From the human T2T-CHM13v2.0 reference genome, Homo sapiens: a stretch of 64,000 nt of DNA. Within the stretch, counting starts at the first letter, position 1. Each line of letters begins with the position of its first letter. Positions 12,748 to 25,977 of the stretch are shown piece by piece. The notes below the pieces were generated by a model that saw nothing but the letters and a program-made list of their open reading frames with translations, ran no database searches and was not told the origin of the DNA. The position numbers were made by a program, and so were the translations under genes. Where the stretch lies: NCBI RefSeq assembly GCF_009914755.1, contig NC_060937.1; one strand, written 5' to 3'.

Positions 12748-14400
12748 ACTTCCAGTTTGGATAAGAGGGTATAGATTCTTTTCTCCCAGCTCCTCCCAAC
12801 TAAGCTCAATTATAAACCCTGGAAATATAAGAAGCAACTGAAGGAGAACTCTGAGAGGTGGAAAGTGGAAGACGAACTGGTTAGTGATTCCAAGACAGCT
12901 AGGAAAATAGAGTATCCAATGGTCTTACAACCTTCTACCCAACAGAAAAAGGCTATCCAGTCCTAGCATATCAAATTCGCAGTCTAGCAATGGAAGGCAA
13001 CCTAAATAGGCTCATTCCTCCCCTGAATCAAATAGGAGTCCTCTCAGCAATGCGAGGTAAGCAAGGCAACATATACAGGGGGGTGATCAAGCCTTGTGCT
13101 GAAAATATGCAACCGAGGAATATGTGCTCCTTCTGCATCAGGCCTGAGACTCTCCTTCCCCACATGGAGCCAATGAGCAGTCAGGCAGCACCCTCAAAGG
13201 GGATCCAGCCACAATAAGAATTGACTTCAGAAGCACTCTTTATCCCCTGGAAGAGGGAGAGACTCCCTTCCCCACCTAGAGGCAGGCAACTCAGTTGTGG
13301 GAGATTCCTTCCTCCTCTCAGTAGCACTAGCAAGGTCCAGTGAGAGCCCTAATGACACCAAATAAACCAAACAGATAAAAATAGCAGTGTAAAGGCTCTA
13401 ATGGTTAAATTGTTTACAAACTAACGACAACAACAAAAAAAGAAAATAACAAGTGTTGGTGACAATGTGGAGAAATTGGAGCCCCTATATATTGCTAGTG
13501 GAAATGCAAAATGGCATAGCCACTGTGTCATCCAGTTTAGTGGTTCTTCTAAAATTAAACACAAAACTGCCACCTGGCCAAGCACTTCCACTCCTAGGCA
13601 TATATCCCAAAGAAGCAAAGAAAGGTGTTCAAACAAAACCTTGTACACAAATATTCATAGCAGCACTGTGGAAATACCCATATGTCCATCAACTGATGAA
13701 TGGCTAAACAAAGTCTGGCATAGCCACACAATGGAAAATTATTCAGTTATAAAGGGGGATAAAGTTCTCATACACGCTATAACATAGATGGACCTTGAAA
13801 ACATTATGCTAAGTGAAAGAAGCTAGTAACAAAAGATCATACGTTCTGTGATTCCATTATGTAAAATGTTGAACAGGAAAATCTGTAGACATAGAAGTAA
13901 ATGAATGGTTACTTAGGGCTGGGTGATGGGGAGACGGGGAGGTGATTCTCAAAGAGAACAGGGATTCTCTTTGTATGATGGAAGTGCTCTAATATTGACT
14001 GTGGTGATGGTTGCATGTATCAGTGACTATACTGAAAACTATTGAGGTGCACGATTTTTAAAAAATTAAATTGTTGCTAGAACCACAGCCCACAAAATAA
14101 GCCTAGAGCTGTGGGCTAAACCTAAGCAAGTAACTTCTTATTAAAATAAAAGATTTAAATAGGATCTAGAGTCTCCTAACACAATTTTCAGAACGTCTAT
14201 GATACAATTAAAAGTAACCCACCATGCCAAGAAAAGACAATCAACTAATGCCAGAGCCAAGATGAATCAGACACTAGAATTATCTGACAAGGATTTAAAA
14301 GCTGCTTTCATATAAAGGCTTTAACAAGCAATTGAAAATTATCTTGAAATCAATGAAAATATAGAAAATCTTAGCAAAGAAAACCAATCTCTGACAAAAA
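12748..14400 (+). mobile_element. Old L1M 5' region interrupted by an L1MB 3' end
   Basis: L1MC/MD-like 5'UTR motifs at 12748-13414 resume at 14076-14400 (aagatgaatcagacactagaattatctgacaagg). Confidence 0.6.
13415..14065 (+). mobile_element. L1MB 3' end
   Basis: aaaataacaagtgttgg...gtggagaaattggagccc...tgtccatcaactgatgaatgg...gaccttgaaaacattatgctaagtgaaagaagc; flanked by ttaaattgtt at 13405-13414 and 14066-14075. Confidence 0.88.
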
Positions 14401-14421
14401 ATATTTAAGAATTTAAGATTT

Positions 14422-14713
<292 letters not shown>

Positions 14714-14871
14714 ATATATATATATATATTTATTTATTATATATTATATATATTTATATATTATATATTTATATGTATTATATATACTTATATATTATAT
14801 ATGCATTATATATTTATATGTATTATATATATTTATTGTATTATATATATTTATATGTATTATATATATAT
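14714..14871. repeat. AT-rich (TA)n low-complexity repeat grown from the Alu tail
   Basis: Seen directly. Confidence 0.92.
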
Positions 14872-16399
14872 GAATTGAGTTTTACTTTGGGAAGTGAAGT
14901 AGAAAGGAGTAAAGGGAGATTCTCACTTTCACACTTTCACCCTATAACCTTTTGAATTCTTTGAATTGTTTTCACTGAGCATGGTCTATTTTTTTTAATA
15001 AAATTTAAATTCAAACTCCATAAAATTACCTAAATTTCATTTTGAAAAGTGAAGCTAGTACTAAGATCTCTCCCTTTTCTGGTAAGTAGCTGAGATACCT
15101 ACCTGTTCATGGTTTTACATTGGAGTCACAAAAAATGAATTAGTAGCTTTCCTCATAAACAAGTCTATGAGGAACAATTTAAAAAAAAAAAAAGAAAAAA
15201 ATACAGTACATATATTTCGAGAAACAAGTAAAGTCTCCTATTAAATTGGCCGAGTTGAATTCTGAGAGTGCCAATGTACTGTGCTAAATTACTGTGTTCA
15301 GTGTTTGGAGAAATACAGAGTTAAATATTTTTATATTCTTGTCTTTAAATATTGAGTTTTTGCCTTTGACTACATATTTGTTGTTTTAACTTCATTATAA
15401 ACGCTGAATATTATAAGTTGAAATTCCTTATGTCCTTTGTATCCTATTGTCACTTAAACAAGCAAAAGTGTGTGGCTATGAATAAATTTTTCTAAGTTAC
15501 CACCACATACAAAGCTCTATGTTTAAGTATTAATATTATTGAAAAATTCATCTTTGAGACATCATCATGTCTTAAAATATTACCACCACCTGGGGGAAAT
15601 TGCCTATTTAATTGTGTGGAATTCAACATTGAAAACGTGGCTAAAAATGATCAGTATTAAACATGGTTCTTCTCCCTGTGGAGATTGGATACTGAGCTCT
15701 ACTCTTTTAATTCAAGTAAGTGGAATTGACTGAAATCCCAGAAACAGGTGCTTCTGGAGAACAAAAAGAGCCTAGAAAGGACATCCTTTATATATTTCTC
15801 TCTCATTTATATTTGTTACCTCCACACCTTCTAAAGTTCTGATCAAATGTAAGAATCACAAGAGTCACTCGCCTAATTCCTGGTACCTGTAGTTACACCG
15901 TTTAGAGTCAAGCTTCCAGGTTCAGTAATTAGACCACATAGAAAGGTCACACTTTTCCCCCTTTTATTTTTACCAGGAAGCTACTAAGAAAATGGTACCA
16001 TTGTAAAAGTTATTTTTCTGCTTAACCCAGAGGGAAGTACAGAAAAGAAAGGACAAGGAAAAAAACAGGATTTTCACAATGCCACAATAAATACTGTCAC
16101 TCCTGTTGGAGGCATCTGCCCTTCACTGCAGCAGCAAGAGCCTCTGTTTGTGCCCAAAACATCCTCGCTGTGGCATGCAAATGCAGATTTTAATATTTCT
16201 GTCAGAGCAAACTATAAATATAAAATTTAACCCCCAAAGGGATTTGTCACATCAAGTGAGCATGAATATTTCAATTTCTGGATCCATCACTTACCAGACA
16301 CTATGTGTGTTAGTACAAACAAGTTATTTCTGGATAAGTGTCTGAGTGTAAAGTGAGAGAGGTAAGATGAGTTGCTGTTTTAGGAAAAAAATAAAATAT

Positions 16400-18310
16400 A
16401 TTAAAAAGAATCTTCAGTTAAACTAATTCAAACAATGCAGAAGCATATAAGGTGATACTGTCTCCTTGCCATCTCTCTTCCCACTCAGTTGTCATTTCCA
16501 GAATTAACCACATCAGCACTTTCATATCTATCTTTCCAGAAAAATATATTTACACATTATATGCACTGTCCTTTTGTCTATACCAATGCTTCTGTTTTAT
16601 AATTTTCTTTTCTTATTAACCAATATATTGGTCAATTTTTCATCAAAGTAGCTAAATCTACCCACTTCTGATCACAGTTTCAAAACAGCAGAATGCATGA
16701 ATATTATTAGTACTTTTTCTATTGATAAATATTTGTATTGTTTCTGCATTTGAACTTCAGTGAACATCTTTGCCCATATATATTTGTATACCTGTGGAAA
16801 TCAAACTGTTAGATAAATTCCTCTGAAAAGTGGGATTTCTGGGTAACAAGAAATCATGATATTTTCAACTTGTCTTTGAACAAGATGTGGACGTACTTAT
16901 TTCTTCTAGCCAATTCTGGCTATCATAAAATATTTTAGTGTTACAATATGATAGACAAAAATGGTGTCTTGTTAAGTTTTCGTATTATGAGTGATTTTAG
17001 CAACTTATCATATGCTGGCTATTCACTGTTTGTAATTTTTTTCTGGGAAATGTTGCTTCAAGTCTTTGCTCATTTTTGTATTTTAAGAACTCTATGTATT
17101 AAGGAAATAGAATGCGTGTCTGGCATATATTTTATATTTTGCAAATATTTTCCTCAGTTGTCACTTTTTTATGACACAAAGACCCAGCTGCTCCTCTGGA
17201 GTGTGTACGCTCAAGAATGATTACTCTGCGTAATAAATTATTACTACAGTTATTACCAAAAAAAGTTTTATTGACTACCATACTAAATATTTCAAAAATT
17301 AAAAAAAGTTGCAATTCTTAATGTGGTCCAATTTATGGCTTTTCCTCTCTTTGTGGGTTAGAAGAATTCTTTTCTAAAGAGTTTTTAACATAAAATAATT
17401 TTTTTCTGGTACTTTCAGAATTTCATTATATTTATATACTTACTTTTTTTTCTTCCCTGAGATAGAGTCTTGCTCTGTCACCCAGGCTGGAGTGCAGTGG
17501 CATGATCTTGGCTCACTGCAACTTCCACTTCCTGGGTTCAAGCAATTCTCCCTGCCTCAGCCTCCCGAGTAGCTGGGATTACAGGTGTCCACCACCACGC
17601 CCGGCTAATTTTTGTATTTTTTAGTAGAGACAGGTTTTTGCCATGTTGGCCAGGCTGGTCTTGAACTCCTGACCACAGGTGATCCACCTGCCTTGGCCTC
17701 CCGAAGTGTTGGGTTCCAGGCGTGAGCCATGTATTTATATACTTATATTTCTGGTATTTATTTCAGAATAAAACTTCAAGTACAGATTCATCTTTGCTTA
17801 AAAAGACCTAGTCAAAGGCCCAACAGAACTTTCTGATTAATCTGTCAGTTCTTCAACAAATTTAAATATCTTCTGTATCAAATTATTAATGAGTATATTT
17901 CTGAATTTCTTTGTTTTCTTGATCTAGTTATCCATTATTAGCAAATTATTTTAGGGTAGCTCCATAGTACTTTTAAAACAATAAAAATGATTTCTTGTTA
18001 ATTACTTTTCAGTATCAAAATATTTCAAAATATTCTCACATATTAATTTTTAATCTGATTTTTGTCAAGTTTTTAAAATATCTGTTGACATTTTAATTGA
18101 GGTATAGGGAAGTCTATTGTTTAATTCTGGGAAAGTTGTCAATAATAATTTCATTTTTCTATCCAAAAACAGGAAATGGCTTTCCATTATTTAGAAGTTA
18201 CTTCCTATTCTTCAACGGAATATTAAAACTCTCTTCATATTGTGTCTGAATATTTTTCACTGGGTTTATTCTTCAATATTTTATCTTTGTTGTTATGATG
18301 GTGATAGTCT
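16400..18310 (-). mobile_element. Degenerate L1ME-like sequence
   Basis: L1 reverse-strand motifs (ttttgcaaatattttcctcag, attcttaatgtggtccaattta, tctgttgacattttaattgag). Boundaries approximate. Confidence 0.6.
17444..17729 (-). mobile_element. AluS, slightly 5'-truncated
   Basis: Dimeric Alu on the minus strand; 14-bp TSD tatttatatactta at 17429-17442 and 17732-17745. Confidence 0.96.
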
Positions 18311-18329
18311 CTCTTCCCAAAATGCTGAT

Positions 18330-19060
18330 AAAATAAAAATGAAGAAGCTATATAACTTGTCAACTTGAAAAGCTCAGAGTCTAATTAGGAACTTGCAAAC
18401 ATGTAAAAGATAGTATCTTTGAGAAAATAAAATATACATACAGAACGATGTGAGAGTTCAGAGGAAAGAGCGGCCAGCTCTGCAAAATAAGTTTCCTCCC
18501 AGAAGACAGCATTTGGCCTGGGTCTTTAAACATGAATGAACCTTTGCCTCCACCATCAAGTGCCTGAACATCTGTAGCCTGGTCTTCAGCATCCTTCTGA
18601 CTACCAGAGTCATTATTGTGGTCGCTGGCTCAGCAATGAGCTTTCAAGCAATTTCACAGATATTGAAAGATCTTGTTGATGACTACCATCCACTGCTGGC
18701 CCTGCATCCTGGGGCTGCTGGCCCTGTTCCCTTGACACCGCTCCTTTATACATCAGTTTAAAAGCACATATCTACTTACAGTGGGATTGAATTATGTACA
18801 TGTGTTTGTTAAAAAAAGAAAAAAACAGCGAGTGGAATCTTTGGGGCAATAAAAGAGGAAAGAGCTTTGCAAGCAGAAGGACAAATGCAAAGACAGGGGA
18901 AGGAGAGGAGAGGGCAGTTCAGGTGAAATACTCCTGCTGGGATTTCAGCACGGCTGAAGATGGAGTGTATGTGAAAAGAGGTTAGAATCTAACTCTTAGG
19001 GAAGTAGCCTGGGCCACATACACATAATAAATGGTCTTGTATCCCAATACAAGAAATTTG
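18330..19060 (-). mobile_element. L2 fragment, split by the IFITM retrocopy
   Basis: agctcagagtctaa...agttcagagga...cctcccagaagacagcatttggcctgggtctttaaa resumes after the insert with gagctttgcaagcagaaggacaaatgcaaag. Confidence 0.6.
18541..18825 (+). pseudogene. 5'-truncated processed pseudogene of the IFITM family (IFITM1-like parent)
   Basis: The frame from 18543 reads FASTIKCLNICSLVFSILLTTRVIIVVAGSAMSFQAISQILKDLVDDY, against IFITM1 YASTAKCLNIWALILGILMTIGFILLLVFGSVTVYHIMLQIIQEKRGY as recalled. It is followed by an IFITM1-like 3'UTR (tgctggccctgcatcctggggctgctggccctg...cagtttaaaagcacata...tacagtg), a decayed polyA signal (aattat, 18790-18795), an A-tail at 18811-18825, and a degenerate TSD (aaacatgaatgaa / aaacagcgagtgga). 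Confidence 0.9.
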
Positions 19061-19839
19061 GAATAAATTAAATGTATTTTCTTATTGTAAGTTGACAGGT
19101 AGGTGTGAAGAGATTTATCCAAAATGGAAAGAGAGACACATGGCAGGCAATTCCAGCAGAGTGGGGAGACTCTGCATAGTGGGCAGAGTGAAGTTTAAGC
19201 ATAGTGAATCTAGGTTCTAGCAGCACATCTCAATGGTAGCACAGCTCTTAACATGTAGAAGGTTCTCATTAAATATTAAATGTATCAATGAAAAATAAAT
19301 AAGATTTTTTTAAGAGTCAGGTATTTCTAGAAGTTCATAATTTGTAATCGCTTCATCTCAAGGTTTAAACCACTCATTCTACACAACTACAAGATTTTCT
19401 AAGGTATGGTGTTTTGTCTAATGAGCATGGCAACATTAAGGAACCAGAATCTGAAACATTGCTGTGTTCTGCAACACAGCAGGAATTAAGTAAATGAATT
19501 AATGTCAAATCACTTGGGATGCTGCTTTGCACAAACTAAGTGCTATACAACTGATATAACTGTTTGCTAAGTAAATAAATAGTGAAGACTTGGATGCAAG
19601 ACTGGGGTGAAAATTGTGAAGTAGTAAACATTTAAGTAAGACCTCAGTTCCATCTTCCTTAACTACTTATGTCCCTCTAGACCTCCCCTGTGTTTGCCTC
19701 ATCCCTTCCTTTAAAGTTTCAAATATCTCTGTTAATCAGTATTTTAAAAATTCACAGAAAACAGCATACATACCAAAGGAATGTGTGCAGAAATAGAGGA
19801 AGGAAGGGGCTTGTGTCATTTGACACATACAAGGAAGCT

Positions 19840-21140
19840 CTGTGCAATTGGACGTTTGTGAGTAAGGAGAATGACCAGAGATGGGCAGGGTTCAGTTCAT
19901 CCAGTTTGTGTGGACCACATTTAGGGAGTCTGGATTTGATGTTGAGCAATGGGAAGCTAGCAAGGGGACTTAAGGGAGTTATGTGCTTACGATTTCATTT
20001 TTAAAATGGGTCCTTTCAGTTCAAAGTGGAGAACAGATTCAAGGAATAAAGAGTAAATGTTAGGTAGCTATTATAGTCAAATTAAAAGAAGACGGTGGCT
20101 TGGACTACGGTAGTAGCTGTGGAAATGGAAAGGAATCACCAAGAGGTTGAATTTGGGATGAATTCACATGGAGAGTTGAAGACAGCACAATGTCAAGTAT
20201 AATGACTAGGTTTTGCGACATGAAAAACTAGGTACCATTTCTTAAAACAGGAAACTTGGGAAGTACAGGCTTTGGGGAAAGGAGCATATGATCAACTTAG
20301 TATATGCAAAGTCTAAGAAGTTACATGGGTCTGGAGCTCAGTAAAGTCTGGGCTAGAGAAATGTACTTGGGAGTTGTAACAGCCCCTTTTGTGCATCTTT
20401 ACAACCTTTCATCCCTATCTCTTACACTGGCCAAAGTTGCTACAACTATGGCTGGTATCCCACATCCAGGTTTCAATCAGATTTTCACAGGTCCAACCTG
20501 ATAATGTCTGATAATGCCACCTATCTCTTGTTTGCTGCCTAAGGCTCATATATGTGCACCCCAGAAGTATAAAGGAGTAAACTTATATAAGCCACCCTTG
20601 AACAACCAGGAAAAGAAGCTGATGAATCAACACTTCTTGTTTCTCTCCCCTGGGTGAAGAGATCTGAGAAGTGCCTTCAGGATTGTTGCCTTGATAATGC
20701 ATTTTTCTGCTGGCCTTTCCTCTTTCCTTGTCTCATTTCCAGCATACCTCATTGCCACCGCTTGGGATAACTTTCCAAATCACTACCTGCATGCAAGCCT
20801 TGATCTTACTCTGCTTTGTGGGGAGCCTAAGAAAAGTAAGAGTTATTAGTGAATGAGTGGTATTGAAGTGGCAAGAGTGGAAAGGTCACGAAAAGAAAGA
20901 CAGAAAAGAGGAAGAGGCTTCCAAAGTGCCAATATTTACTGATTGGATAAAGCCAATCAAGAAAACTAAGAAAGGGTGTCCAAAGGAGAGGGAGGGAGGG
21001 AGTTGTCAAGGAAGCCAAGAGAAGAGAATACTGAAGGAGGGAGAAGTCAGTTCTGTCAAATGCTTCTGAAGTAAAATAAAAATGAATATCAAAAAGTGTG
21101 CAGTAGATTTGGTATCATAGAGGTCAGTGATTCCTGTAGC
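19840..21140 (-). mobile_element. L2 fragment, split by LTR16
   Basis: ggagtctggatttgatgttgagcaatgggaagc...ggtggcttggactacggtagtagctgtggaaatgg...ggtctggagctcag...ggaagccaagagaagag. Confidence 0.75.
20376..20835 (+). mobile_element. ERVL LTR16-family solo LTR
   Basis: tgtaacagcccc...ccagaagtataaaggag...ctggcctttcctctttccttgtctcatttcc...gggataactttccaaatcactacctgcatgcaagccttg...ctctgctttgtggggag. Confidence 0.7.
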
Positions 21141-22104
21141 TGGGACCAGCCTATTCTTTTATCAAAACACATGCTTAAAAGAATCCATGGAACTGAAATC
21201 AATGACATGTTCAGATTAGAACTCTAGGTATTAATAAGCTGGATAAAGAAGGTGGTTTTAAATCCCCCTGGAATCACACTATGTTGGGCGCTCTCTATAT
21301 GTGAGGTCAGTTGTCTATAATAGCCTTTGGACACATCAGTGCTTGGTGGCAGCTGTGGGATACATAAGAGGCTGGACCGATGAGCCTACTGCTGATCTAG
21401 GTGTTTCCCAGGATGCTTTCACCAATAGCTGTATCAAGTTGACAATAATATTTAACTTGATCTCATAAACATATGCTTGAGTTTTCATCTTCAAGAGATT
21501 AACCTGAAATTCTCTCTACAATGCTATCTTAAAGGTAATGTCTGCATACCTTTTGTCAATATAAAAAGAAGTTTGTGAGAATTTAGCTGGTATTTAAACC
21601 ACTCCCCATTTTTATGTGGATTGTTAGCACCAAATGCTTCCTATGAGAGAAAAGAAATCTAATTTCCTGGAATTCCTCCATCCATGTGCTTTCATAGCCA
21701 GGATCGCTTAAAATTCAAGCCTAGCACCACCACAAAGATGCCAACTTTTCATTCCTAACAAAGACCTTCCTGAATACCATCTCCAACTGTTAGTAGTAAT
21801 TTTCCCTTGACTCCTACATACTGCTGGCAAAGTACCAGGTGAAAGGCTCACAGAGAGGCAGACTAATTTAGAAATGTAAGATCTCTCAGTGTCCAAACTA
21901 AAAGAAAGAGCTCAATCCTGCATCCCAACACCCATGGTTAAAACTTCTGATTAAATGTAGTGCTCATAAAGAAAATTAAAGTTCAGAGAAAATCGCTTTT
22001 CATATTTCACATGAAAATGTCAAGAATTTTATTCAGTTCTTGGATTCAAATACTTTAGTCCCGTGCTAGAGTGCATATTGGGATAATGAAACATATTTTA
22101 GAAT

Positions 22105-22325
22105 TACTAACACTTACTGTGTGTCACACTTGGTATTATTGCTTTACATGTACTGATCTAAATCTTTTGAATAACTGCATGAATTTGCTATTATTGTCTC
22201 TAGTTCATAGAGAAATAGAGGTACAGAGAGTTTGAGTGACTTGCTCAGGTAGCCAGAGCTAAAAAATGGTAGAGGCAGGATCCACATTGTGTTAATCCCA
22301 CCTCAGATCCATGTTCCTAAACCCC
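22105..22325 (-). mobile_element. MIR SINE
   Basis: gaggtacagagagtttgagtgacttgctcagg...ggtagaggcaggatcc core. Confidence 0.75.
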
Positions 22326-23169
22326 CTAGAATGAAAGTACTCTAAAAATGTAATTAAGCAAACAGAACACTTAAATTATCATTTTCTTATATGAATTTTC
22401 CGGTACATCACAAGCTTTTCACATTCATACATCACCCAAATTAACATACAAAATAAGAGATATTCAGACACCAGTCTAAAGTAGTCCATCATGGAAGAAA
22501 AGGGACGTAAAGACTCTCTGTGACTATTGACGGATGGTGAATTCTACATAGTACCACAAATCAATAGACTGGGGAAGTCAAACTTTGTAACCTGAAATGC
22601 ACCTTTTTCTCATGTCATCCCTCAATGGATTCAAAAGCCTCTGGCAAAAAGAGACTCTATGCAGATGAGGAATCAAAGAGGAGAAATTCCTGGTCAGAAA
22701 GAGTCATGTTTGTTTTTGCCTTTTCAGCAGGGCTGCTGAAACAGTCCTGCCGTGGAGGATGGCTGTTCTCAGCCACCCACACTTCTCAGAGGCTGCAGCC
22801 GAGGCTGACGGCAAAAGCTTCTCAATTGTATTGTACCTTATTTCTTGAATTTGAAAAGGCTATGTAAAGGTTGACCTAAATCAAAAAGCAGTTTCTAACA
22901 ATTAAAATGTGGCTATGCTGAAGTCTAAAAGGGAGGGGGAAAGCTTTTTACACTCAATGATGAACACATAATGGAAATAAGATTTAACTGAGCACAAAAT
23001 CAGTTGCATCACATTTCAGGAAAAAAATATTCATACTGAGTATCACTTATTTTCCTGTATTTTACAAGGCCAGAGATTTCTGAAAGAAAACATCACATTC
23101 TTCTCTGCCTCCAAAATTAGCTTCTTAAACATGTTCTCTTTCAATGATGCTGCAAATCTCAAAGTGATT

Positions 23170-23529
23170 TGCTATGGTCTGAATGTTTTTGTCCGCCCAA
23201 AATTTGTATGTTGAACTTGAAACCCCCCAAAGTGATGATATTAGGAAATGGGAAGCTTGAGGAGGTGATTATCAGATCATGAGGGTGGAGCTCACATAGT
23301 GGGATTTGGACCCTTATTAAAGAGTCCCCAGGAGCTGCCTTGCTGATGCCACATGAGGACACATCAAGAAAGTGCAACCTGTGAGAAATCCAGCTCTCAC
23401 TAGACACAAAACCTGCTGGCTCCTTGATCTTGGACTTGCCAGCCTCCAGAACTGTGAGAAATAAATTTCTGTACTTTATAAGCTACCCAGTTTATGGTAT
23501 TTTGTTATAGCAGCCAGAACAGTCTAAGA
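23170..23529 (+). mobile_element. MaLR solo LTR (MLT1A0-like)
   Basis: tgctatggtctgaatg...ccttgatcttggacttgccagcctccagaactgtgagaaataaatttctg...ttgttatagcagcc. Confidence 0.92.
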
Positions 23530-24939
23530 ATTCTTTATATAAAGACATTCTTTATACAAAGAATACTGGTTTTGAGATAGAAGGATGAATTCAAATCGCA
23601 GCTAAATATCCATGCCAATATCGCATTTTAGGCAACATTTTGAGCTTCAGTATCTTCACATGCAAAATCATAAATAGTTAAGAGCACAAATGTGAAACTG
23701 CTTGCCTGACTGACACATAATAGGGAATTAAAAAGTAGCGATTGCATCTCAAATGCAGCCCTTCACATAACAACTCACTGGTTTCAATAAATTATTTTAT
23801 CATTCTAAAAATTCTGTGACCCCCATGGGTCACCAAGACCTTGTGCAGAATTCTCTGCTACAAATAAAATTGGTAGGTTTTGAGAGATTTAAGTGCTACA
23901 CTTCCAGTAAGCAGCAAAGGAGAGAATTGTCTGTTTAAGATGTACTCCCTGGCATGAAATGCTGGCTTAATGGTCACAGAAGGACATGAGAAGTCTGCTT
24001 TAACAGATGTGTAAGGATGTCTTTCCTCTTCTGCATGTTCCATATTTGGGAACTTTCTTGCCTCTAAATATCCTGTGTGCCTATTGTTCTCTTACAGAGG
24101 AGATCTGTTCCTCAGAGGAATTCAGATAAATGCATATAACCTCCTCAGGCAATTTGGGGCAGCTCTTTTAGGACACCTGACCCACAATGTTTAGGGCTGG
24201 GCTGAAACCAACCCGATCTCTGAGTGCAGAGAATGCATTCCTTTCAGAATGTGTGGGATTTACAATTGTTAAAATTATTCTGTAATACTCAGGGTATATG
24301 GCAAATAGTCCTTGGATTCTGAACCTGTTGTATTACTTCTATTGGCTTGAGTCTTTGATATAGGGGTGACAGAGATACATTTAGCTTATAAAAACAAAAT
24401 CATGCACAAAATTTTCAACTGGTTCCTGGAGTAGTCAAGTCTGGAAATTGTATTTTATATTCAGCCCTCAAAATATAAGGCAAATAAAAAGGTTTTCTAT
24501 TACTATTTCATATCAGAAACTTTGCTATGTGGCTCACTAATCTCATCTGGCATGTGGGTGATGTCAGTGAAGGTCAGGTCTTTTAAAGTATCATCCTAGA
24601 AAGGAAATTATTTCATCAAATACAGAGGAGACTGTTTTCTGGGACCTAGTGTTTTGCAGGGAATATCTATTTAATGTTCAGCGTGTGTATATGTGTACAT
24701 CAAAACCTAACTATCAACAGCTTGCATGTGTCACCTTGGTGGCCTTGAAATACAGTTAAGAAGGGAGCAAGATTAAAGCTAAGAAGAGGCATTTCACAAT
24801 TTCTGAATCCAGCTATGTGACATAGCTGATTCTATTCCTTAAACATCTCAGAGATCTATGTAGCCGGAGACTTGCTTGAGTGAGAATTAACTACCCGATG
24901 CTATTAATAACCATGAATTTTTATTAGCCATTCCACCAA

Positions 24940-25200
24940 GGACTTTACATAATACCAAATTTAATCCACTTGGCAACATTTTGAAGTAGATGCTATTACT
25001 ATGCCCATTTTATAGAAAGGTAAACTAAGGCACAAAGAAGGGAGATGGTTATGTGTCATGTGGAGGTGAACATGAAGTGCTATGGCCTTGAGAGCACTGG
25101 TGAGTCTTCTGAGGATGCAGCTACCACATCCTGTAGGTAGCAGTAGCATTGCAATGCAAACACAAGCCATCTGATCACAGAGCTCAAGCTTTTTACCCCT
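24940..25200 (-). mobile_element. MIR SINE
   Basis: tattactatgcccattttatagaaaggtaaactaaggcacaaaga core. Confidence 0.65.
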
Positions 25201-25977
25201 ACCGTTCTTTGCTGTTTGACATTTCTGTGTCAAATCCAAATAGCATTACCCTGAGCTTAAAAAATAGAAATTCAAGTCATTAATTCTCCACTTTATTATT
25301 GTCTTATCATCATTTTCTTGATTGAAAATGATTTTCATCAGCAAGGATTCTCTTTTGAGTGAAAATCAAGCACGAAGTTCAAAGGCTCTCAGGCCTTAGA
25401 CAGGGTCTGAAATTCCCCATGACACTAAGGTGCAATGTTTGCCAATTTATATATTTCTCTACATCAAATCCAGCTCTGAGTACCCACTTGCCGTGGTCAG
25501 TGAGTGTCAAGACCAACATCATTCATTGGTCGTGGTGTCTTGCCTTGTTTGGGTAATACCAGGACTCCCATAACAATGTGGCCCAGGGAAGTCTTCCATC
25601 TTCTGCCCCTGGGGAAGTTGTCATCACTGCCTTGCACCTGGTTCACACTATCAATGTTGAGTGCTGGTTTCCTGCCACCTGTCACACCGCTTATGCAGGC
25701 AAGCCTCAAGCATACCCTTCTAAGGTGCCTCTCACTGATCATAAAAACTCTCTTTACTTTCCCCTAGACAAGCAGGCTGAGTGATCAGCCTCCACACATG
25801 CCCACGTTGTCATCCACTCACTGAATCCTGTCATCTTCAATCTGCAACTTCTCTCAACAAATATTTGTTGAACACTCAATATGTCCCACGTACTGTGTGA
25901 AGTGTTAGAGATAAAAATATCATTTAGGAAAAAAAAAAAGACCTACTCCTCAATATAAATGCTGCTAAATTAAGCAC

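Noticed and set aside
19460-19481. Hairpin tgctgtgtt-ctgc-aacacagca
   Set aside because: A 9-bp stem is too short for a pre-miRNA and is plausible by chance in 64 kb.
22726-22867. Plus-strand NAGNAG acceptor (ttttcagcag) with an open frame
   Set aside because: The donor is weak, the peptide is unrecognisable, and it cannot be distinguished from a pseudo-exon.
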